Assembly (NCBI GenBank): GCA_964493515.1
Contig: CAZBNJ010000001.1
Coordinates: 10,866-74,865 of the forward strand
Direction of reading: 5' to 3'
DNA: 64,000 nucleotides
Source of the DNA: an uncultured Oscillospiraceae bacterium
GTDB lineage: Bacteria > Bacillota > Clostridia > Oscillospirales > JAAYOS01
Below are positions 63,601-64,000 of the stretch, piece by piece. Within the stretch, counting starts at the first letter, position 1. Each line of letters opens with the position of its first letter. The notes beneath the pieces were generated by a model, which searched no databases, was not told the origin of the DNA, and was given only the letters and a program-made list of their open reading frames with translations. Both the position numbers and the translations under genes were made by a program.

Positions 63601-64000
63601 AGACCGAGCCGTCGGCAAGCAGCGCCGCGGCAAACGCGTCACCCGCGACTATCTTTATCACGCGAGCGGTCTGGTTTGCGGTGTGGAAGCGCAGCGAGGA
63701 TGCCCTGGTCGAGTCGCTCATGCCGTTCGCGTCCAGGCTGGAGTCGCCGAGCTTGCCCATGCCGTTCATTCCGACGACCTCCACCGGCACGACGCGATAG
63801 ACGCCGTTTGCGCCGTAGTTGGAGGAGTTCGGATACTCGTACGCCAGATAGTTGCCCGGGCAGTCGAAGCGGTAGCCGCTCGACATGTACGGCGCGTAAG
63901 TGGTCGCGTCGCCGGCGCGCTGCATATCGGCATAGATGCGATGGCCGAAGCCGTCGTAGCCGTAGTAGCTGCTCGAGACGTTGCCGCCGCTCATTATGGC
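1..64000 (-). CDS. Internal fragment, open at both ends, of a single giant ORF (>=21,333 codons). Multi-domain RCC1 / Ig-like / cadherin-like beta-sandwich protein, probably extracellular or cell-surface.
   Basis: The reverse-complement frame with codons on plus triplets starting at positions = 2 mod 3 read without TAA/TAG/TGA across the window. Spot re-checks at ~13.7, 26.9, 57.1 and 64.0 kb confirmed the phase. No minus-strand ORF in this phase appears in the track. If any stop existed, start-to-stop pieces >=60 aa would be listed. Third positions are G/C-rich. The translation gives textbook RCC1 blades, Big_2-like motifs and cadherin-like modules. All seven large + ORFs share the codon-aligned antisense phase. 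Confidence 0.93.
13140..14090 (-). repeat. Three consecutive exemplar cadherin-like beta-sandwich modules (about 98, 113 and 105 aa)
   Basis: 14090-13795: AAHIASVSVGGVTLASAANYYYTVPASAEKIRLEISATSAVAKVQIGSND...TSITVRRD. 13795-13455: AAALHTLGEVAVGGKVTSLNEFGVYKQFVASGATATDIRLTTQRGTHSILLTQNG...YTTYTLEVAKQ. 13455-13140: SANTALTEVIIDRGLETQQTLRPDANGNYSITVDRDAESIKVFLRSADESATV...VVNITINRRY. Confidence 0.7.
21610..22650 (-). other. Helical-looking segment H3 (~345 aa) at the junction to the C-terminal array
   Basis: Examples: SDARRDLKAAQAKLDALNYAKDMVAELNTAQDMYLNEYTNRAITNAWDKLAGKAHAAMIDA and HKDAANALAAAAKTLKDVVTDNLYASGKPNETLTAENMTAVATALGEVKNAVDALDAAVIGALID. Helicity is inferred from composition only. Confidence 0.55.
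23960..24230 (-). other. Ig-like beta-sandwich following P17
   Basis: Translation: IKLPTGTKQNVEAKIGKFYVANEQ...FEDRADAKVLNAGLATGLAQIFATDPGTGTSVSAWVEVV. Confidence 0.5.
24290..25815 (-). repeat. RCC1-like seven-bladed beta-propeller (block P17, last propeller in the window)
   Basis: Blades DDGTVWAWGSNPSGQLG (25.74 kb), EGRVYTWGSN...FLGQLG (25.59), SGRVYVWGDNRYGQLG (25.31), DGTLWGWGYNMKGEL (25.15), DGTLIAWGDNQQGELG (24.96), DYVWTWGDGHDGRLG (24.70) and YAYGFNNDGQLG (24.35). Confidence 0.9.
25830..26180 (-). other. Ig-like beta-sandwich segment preceding P17
   Basis: Translation: YHTIVVHVGEKVEAEYIISKRFNL...GTFSVYGVQYGFTHLTLTVGEPGQYNYQKIVYYVN. Confidence 0.45.
26200..27525 (-). repeat. RCC1-like seven-bladed beta-propeller (block P16)
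   Basis: Blades SDGSIWAYGLSDKGQLG (27.47 kb), ADGNIWAAGSNEYGQLG (27.17), GDGRAWAWGRNDVGQLG (26.93), YDGKVYASGANTYRQLG (26.79), NGTVYSWGYMG...GRLG (26.61), RGQVYAFGSNTSGQLG (26.43) and NGFVYGMGDY (26.25). Confidence 0.9.
27526..28460 (-). other. Domain-orphan segment (~310 aa), Tyr/Asp/Phe-rich
   Basis: I recognise no motif. Examples: LYFPDGNLTHRYALVDGQFVDMGTRKKGTTYDGDYVFLDTAKRRVDAGPLYLISGENYFLD and YEFDVLVVELRAGSPTVDEQGNYRSGRDYLKVIE. Confidence 0.45.
28465..29995 (-). repeat. RCC1-like beta-propeller block P15 with a degenerate central part
   Basis: Blades ADGTVWSWGRGDYGELG (29.93 kb), GRVYAWGRNDENQLG (29.61), SEGRVWTV...NYHGQMG (28.99), AYVWGLNEYGEFG (28.70) and GLLWASGRNSDGQL (28.52). The 29.05-29.56 kb stretch lacks clean blades. 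Confidence 0.7.
30000..30135 (-). other. Ig-like strand segment preceding P15
   Basis: Translation: HTIDKDYYITGNRLGQTMVEISVPGLTATAFVTVRV. This resembles the C-terminal half of a Big_2-like fold. Confidence 0.45.
30140..31500 (-). other. Helical-looking segment H2 (~450 aa)
   Basis: Examples: AASQALVAEFGRLKAAVEAAVEARDDYAKQMF, LRDALTLAKETLQNFKDSLTPPITQEQVTQQQALQAAVNAAQQTLDDYMATRA and DAQWEQIAATAGGYYRYLTLIAALAEADQNIDDHLAEY. Helicity is inferred from composition only. Confidence 0.55.
31790..32040 (-). repeat. Short RCC1-like block P14 (two blades)
   Basis: Blades LYTWGSNEGGKLALG (32.01 kb) and DGYMWSAGQNEYGQLG (31.83 kb). Confidence 0.7.
32045..32560 (-). other. Thr/Glu/Val-rich beta-strand-like linker segment
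   Basis: The core at 32045-32190 translates to ATEHTWTTEVTERTVVTTTERTYSDGSRIVTTTETHTEYSDEVHTTP. Upstream of it is VETSKTTENTIKVIDE...VEVETTISTVTGH. Confidence 0.5.
32790..33835 (-). repeat. RCC1-like beta-propeller block P13
   Basis: Blades GEVIAWGSNSW...GKLGDG (33.75 kb), GAVWAWGSNEFGQLG (33.55), GTVYAFGAGEN (33.37) and VLYALGDNYSGQLG (32.95). Confidence 0.75.
34380..36130 (-). repeat. RCC1-like beta-propeller block P12 (about seven blades)
   Basis: Blades KDGTVWAWGDNTY (36.07 kb), RGQLYAWGDNTYGQLG (35.81), DGRVFAWGDNQYGQLG (35.64), DGTVWTVGSNTHGELG (35.32), AYMWGDNSSSQL (35.07), YQVWTWGSNEY (34.74) and GIVYTWGNNEYGQLG (34.51). Confidence 0.85.
36140..36310 (-). other. Big_2-type Ig-like domain preceding P12
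   Basis: Translation: YTWKSLDDSIVEVAPDRQDSTAAVITAVREGETRILAENTATGVILSTRVIVT. Confidence 0.75.
36400..36850 (-). repeat. Short RCC1-like block P11 (about 2-3 blades)
   Basis: Blades WAGDHYTAMITEDGHIYSNGTN (36.73 kb) and TGITYAWGSNLYGELGNG (36.50 kb). Confidence 0.65.
36860..40110 (-). other. Long (~1,080 aa) Ala/Glu/Lys/Tyr/Trp-rich, predominantly alpha-helical-looking segment H1
   Basis: Gly/Pro-poor sequence with no beta-repeat motifs. Examples: YDPDWQQLQHRYNGAYAYAKKLLIEKANASYDELLVKWHDAEKSRIEFYKLYGEY, LEDKIKELERLRAEVLVNYHQIIDE and ALEAALKALDEADEDASDAAIAQLKKNVADAEKAVRVAKRAIEDA. Helicity is inferred from composition only. Confidence 0.6.
40130..41000 (-). repeat. RCC1-like beta-propeller block P10 (4-5 blades, C-terminal ones degenerate)
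   Basis: Blades QGRAYAWGSNQNGQLG (40.93 kb), DRVYAWGLNSYSSLG (40.75), NGEVYVWGDSNLNHRLG (40.56) and GLVFVSGSSYLGLIG (40.40). Confidence 0.75.
41300..41460 (-). other. Big_2-type Ig-like domain preceding P10
   Basis: Translation: YLFASTDETVVTVDEYGEMTYVGVGTAKIVVYEKEFDDLYLQTYLDVEV. Confidence 0.7.
41640..43235 (-). repeat. RCC1-like beta-propeller block P9
   Basis: Blades ADGTVWAWGRNDYGQLG (43.16 kb), TDGSVWAWGSNQHGQV (42.86), GDLFYWGSASSMQFG (42.61), GVGTTGQLGDG (42.01) and NGDFLTWGQSDYGQLG (41.73). Confidence 0.8.
43345..43505 (-). other. Big_2-type Ig-like domain preceding P9
   Basis: Translation: VSYKSLDTTVATVDANGIVTAVGYGQTKILVTVSDAATTRTLEFGITV. This is a near-canonical Big_2 signature. 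Confidence 0.75.
43700..45200 (-). repeat. RCC1-like beta-propeller block P8
   Basis: Blades GDGTVWTWGTNEWGELG (45.13 kb), NDGTVWAWGRNDRGQLG (44.83), SISATGSNRNYEFG (44.39), GNVYVWGYNDG (44.17), GWLMMLGGDNKYGELG (43.99) and DGRVWSFGDNSAGQIG (43.79). Confidence 0.8.
45510..45715 (-). other. Ig-like (Big_2-like) domain preceding P8
   Basis: Translation: YKISYNDIVKVSYYDLNMDGDPIIDPLIDQCDKRPGITGLHAGTSYIIVSVANDSLIVGAIKVEV. Confidence 0.5.
46000..46100 (-). repeat. Isolated single RCC1-like blade
   Basis: Translation: VDGHSIFLKDNGSLWAYGSNMRGRLGDGT. It is flanked on both sides by non-RCC1 sequence. Confidence 0.6.
46110..48100 (-). other. Domain-orphan Tyr/Asp/Glu-rich segment (~660 aa) with acidic low-complexity stretches
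   Basis: I recognise no RCC1, Ig or cadherin-like motif here. It contains NVGEDGEDDEELP (~47.9 kb), GETEGEEGGDTPDPEPGYGGFGQPP (~47.6 kb) and many Y/D/E runs such as YSYYYEFVQDEYGEYV. Confidence 0.5.
48100..49060 (-). repeat. RCC1-like beta-propeller block P7 (about five blades)
   Basis: Blades SDGTVWAWGDNSLGQLG (48.98 kb), DGRVYAWGDNSRGAIG (48.76), DGRIFEWGYN (48.51), DGQIMTWGEN (48.31) and GQVKTWGG (48.17). Confidence 0.8.
49075..49245 (-). other. Big_2-type Ig-like domain preceding P7
   Basis: Translation: LFFESTNEQVATIGNDWTDASTFGAITMKEKAGFSYIIATDARGNVGYFRVGV. Confidence 0.65.
49400..50410 (-). other. Three beta-rich modules resembling divergent InlB B-repeat / bacterial repeat domains
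   Basis: Example: YSFTTDYNRGYGSVEVPYGGSYASSIMAGTTLTATIKPIDGYTVRYVQLSTQSGKVKL...SYTIPFVMPESDAVLEVEF. This follows the pattern G-x-G-x-V ... G-x-x-V/L-T-x-T-A-x-P-x-x-G-Y ... F-x-M-P ... V-x-x-x-F. The call is by motif memory only. Confidence 0.35.
50450..51990 (-). repeat. RCC1-like beta-propeller block P6 with a ~105-aa insertion
   Basis: Blades NGTVWTFGSNADGRLG (51.93 kb), NGRVWVWGANRNGQLG (51.70), GDVISWGKD (51.35), KVAVWGDNTYGQLG (51.15), KTVWAAGSNSDGQLG (50.70) and GSVYTWGDNARGQAG (50.49). Non-RCC1 sequence lies between ~51.12 and ~50.80 kb. Confidence 0.8.
52040..52215 (-). other. Big_2-type Ig-like domain preceding P6
   Basis: Translation: ITFRSLDTSVATVGNDPTNMDRFGLITARGFGVTYVVAEYTAPDGQTFSAFVKVNV. 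This matches the classic Big_2 S-x-D-x-S-V-A-T-V ... G-x-x-T-A ... G pattern. Confidence 0.7.
52505..53890 (-). repeat. RCC1-like beta-propeller block P5
   Basis: Blades DGSVWTWGNNADGILG (53.81 kb), GVVYAWGLN (53.62), DGYVWTWGLNNYGVLG (53.46), GNVYAWGDNTYGQLG (53.10), DGTVWVWGGG (52.91), NNRGQLG (52.78) and DGSVWAWGTNNYGALG (52.59). Confidence 0.85.
54700..55965 (-). repeat. RCC1-like beta-propeller block P4
   Basis: Blades ADGTVWAWGDNTKGQLG (55.90 kb), AGAVYTWGSN (55.72), NGVLYAWGE (55.43), SGRVYAWGTNANGQLG (55.02) and EGALYAWGLNDRYQLG (54.78). Confidence 0.8.
56005..56205 (-). other. Big_2-type Ig-like domain preceding P4
   Basis: Translation: IEVSSSSAVVTVREESEYNENGVKTAPKFRLLPTKGSEGSAIITVTDRTSGLTESFLVTI. 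Confidence 0.6.
56395..57775 (-). repeat. RCC1-like seven-bladed beta-propeller (block P3)
   Basis: Seven regular blades: ADGTVYTWGRNDMGQLG (57.70 kb), TGAVWGWGANTYGQVG (57.55), QGQVWSWGRNEFYQLG (57.37), GGAVYTWGGNDYGQLG (57.15), DGYVYTFGTNEHGELG (56.90), NGEVYSWGANAYGQMG (56.68), DGLVLTAGRNDRGQLG (56.47). Confidence 0.9.
57930..58330 (-). other. Ig-like beta-sandwich segment between P2 and P3
   Basis: Translation: FRFVIQSGDTEIIDWVGADANGHPMIHANATATGSVTMIIYDESSDLHPDEHSVEIGLVRIVV. Confidence 0.5.
58385..59785 (-). repeat. RCC1-like beta-propeller block P2 (several degenerate blades)
   Basis: Blades NDGSVWTWGSS (~59.72 kb), QDGTVWAAGTNGGGQLG (~59.08 kb) and RDGTVWAWGLY (~58.92 kb). Confidence 0.75.
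60040..60430 (-). other. Ig-like beta-sandwich segment between P1 and P2
   Basis: Translation: RLRFSSTNPRLISFADATVGLATLHAEEIQPGMFAYIQVEDTATGQTARIRVEF. This follows a Big_2-like SSxNPxxxxxxxxG...A...G pattern. Confidence 0.5.
60490..62140 (-). repeat. RCC1-like beta-propeller block P1
   Basis: Blades ADGTVWAWGYNGYGQLG (~62.07 kb), GNLYAWGLNTSGQLG (~61.9 kb), DGTVWGTGDN (~61.75 kb), GYAMQWGED (~60.75 kb) and GDGTVWSFGLN (~60.55 kb). Confidence 0.8.
62170..62360 (-). other. Ig-like (Big_2-type) beta-sandwich domain preceding propeller P1
   Basis: Translation: ISSDESILRVSRVKAADGDDYFEFETVPNTFGEVTVLIRHKVSGLARIFRVEV. It ends in the xVxV strand seen in Big_2 domains. Confidence 0.5.
62940..64000 (-). 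repeat. RCC1-like beta-propeller blades (block P0, continues upstream beyond the window)
   Basis: Blades DGSVYTWGMN (~63.60 kb), YGTAWAWGSNRNGQLG (~63.33 kb) and GHVWLWGDNSNGQFG (~63.17 kb), with the AAGxxHxxAL strands typical of RCC1. Confidence 0.8.

Noticed and set aside
1-64000. Stop-codon reassignment (alternative genetic code) as the reason no long minus-strand ORF is in the track
   Set aside because: Reading the coding phase shows no TAA, TAG or TGA at all, so no recoding is needed. The ORF is missing from the track simply because it has no stop inside the window.
24290-64000. Recurrent ~24-nt near-identical motif as a CRISPR array or non-coding tandem repeat
   Set aside because: The spacing is irregular, from hundreds to thousands of nt. 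The copies are in-frame and encode the conserved RCC1 DGTVWAWG strand. There is no repeat-spacer regularity and there are no flanking cas-like genes.
1-64000. GATC avoidance as the explanation for ATA usage after G-ending codons
   Set aside because: GATC is not visibly depleted. There are three occurrences in the first ~600 nt, near random expectation for this composition, and it arises freely from GAT-C and from some G-ATC junctions. The context bias is reported as an observation without this mechanism.
1-64000. Pseudogene or frameshifted gene, fusion of several genes, mobile elements, RNA genes, promoters or terminators
   Set aside because: The coding phase is constant across the window, since all antisense ORFs share one phase and manual spot checks agree. 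There is no internal stop and no stretch of non-coding-like composition. There are no inverted repeats or transposase-like sequence and no tRNA- or rRNA-like segments. Nothing supports any of these calls.

Overview
The whole 64,000-bp window lies inside one uninterrupted open reading frame on the minus strand. Its codons occupy plus-strand triplets 2-4, 5-7 ... 63998-64000. I found no in-frame stop, no credible start, no signal peptide and no C-terminal anchor, so the ORF is open at both window edges. That is at least 21,333 codons (more than 64 kb) of a single giant gene. The supplied ORF track does not list it, apparently because it only reports ORFs that end in a stop inside the window. The huge plus-strand ORFs (up to 11,160 aa) are codon-aligned antisense shadows. 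They exist because the sense strand uses TCA/CTA/TTA only ten times. Reverse-complement translation gives a modular, nearly cysteine-free, surface-adhesin-like protein. The N-terminal two thirds (about 64.0 to 24.3 kb) carry at least 17 RCC1-like beta-propeller blocks, roughly 100 blades of the DGTVWAWGxNxxGQLG type by eye. Most blocks are preceded by a Big_2-type or other Ig-like beta-sandwich. These are interrupted by three long Ala/Glu/Lys/Tyr/Trp-rich, probably alpha-helical, segments, by two domain-orphan islands, by InlB-B-repeat-like modules and by Thr/Glu-rich strands. The C-terminal third (about 21.6 kb to position 1) is a long tandem array of roughly 100-130-aa cadherin-like beta-sandwich modules. 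I saw no intergenic DNA, promoter, terminator, RNA gene, CRISPR array or mobile element. The DNA is visibly GC-rich with G/C-dominated third positions, yet ATA (Ile) is common. Domain calls are motif recognition by eye, not HMM results, and domain coordinates are approximate (about +/-30 nt).
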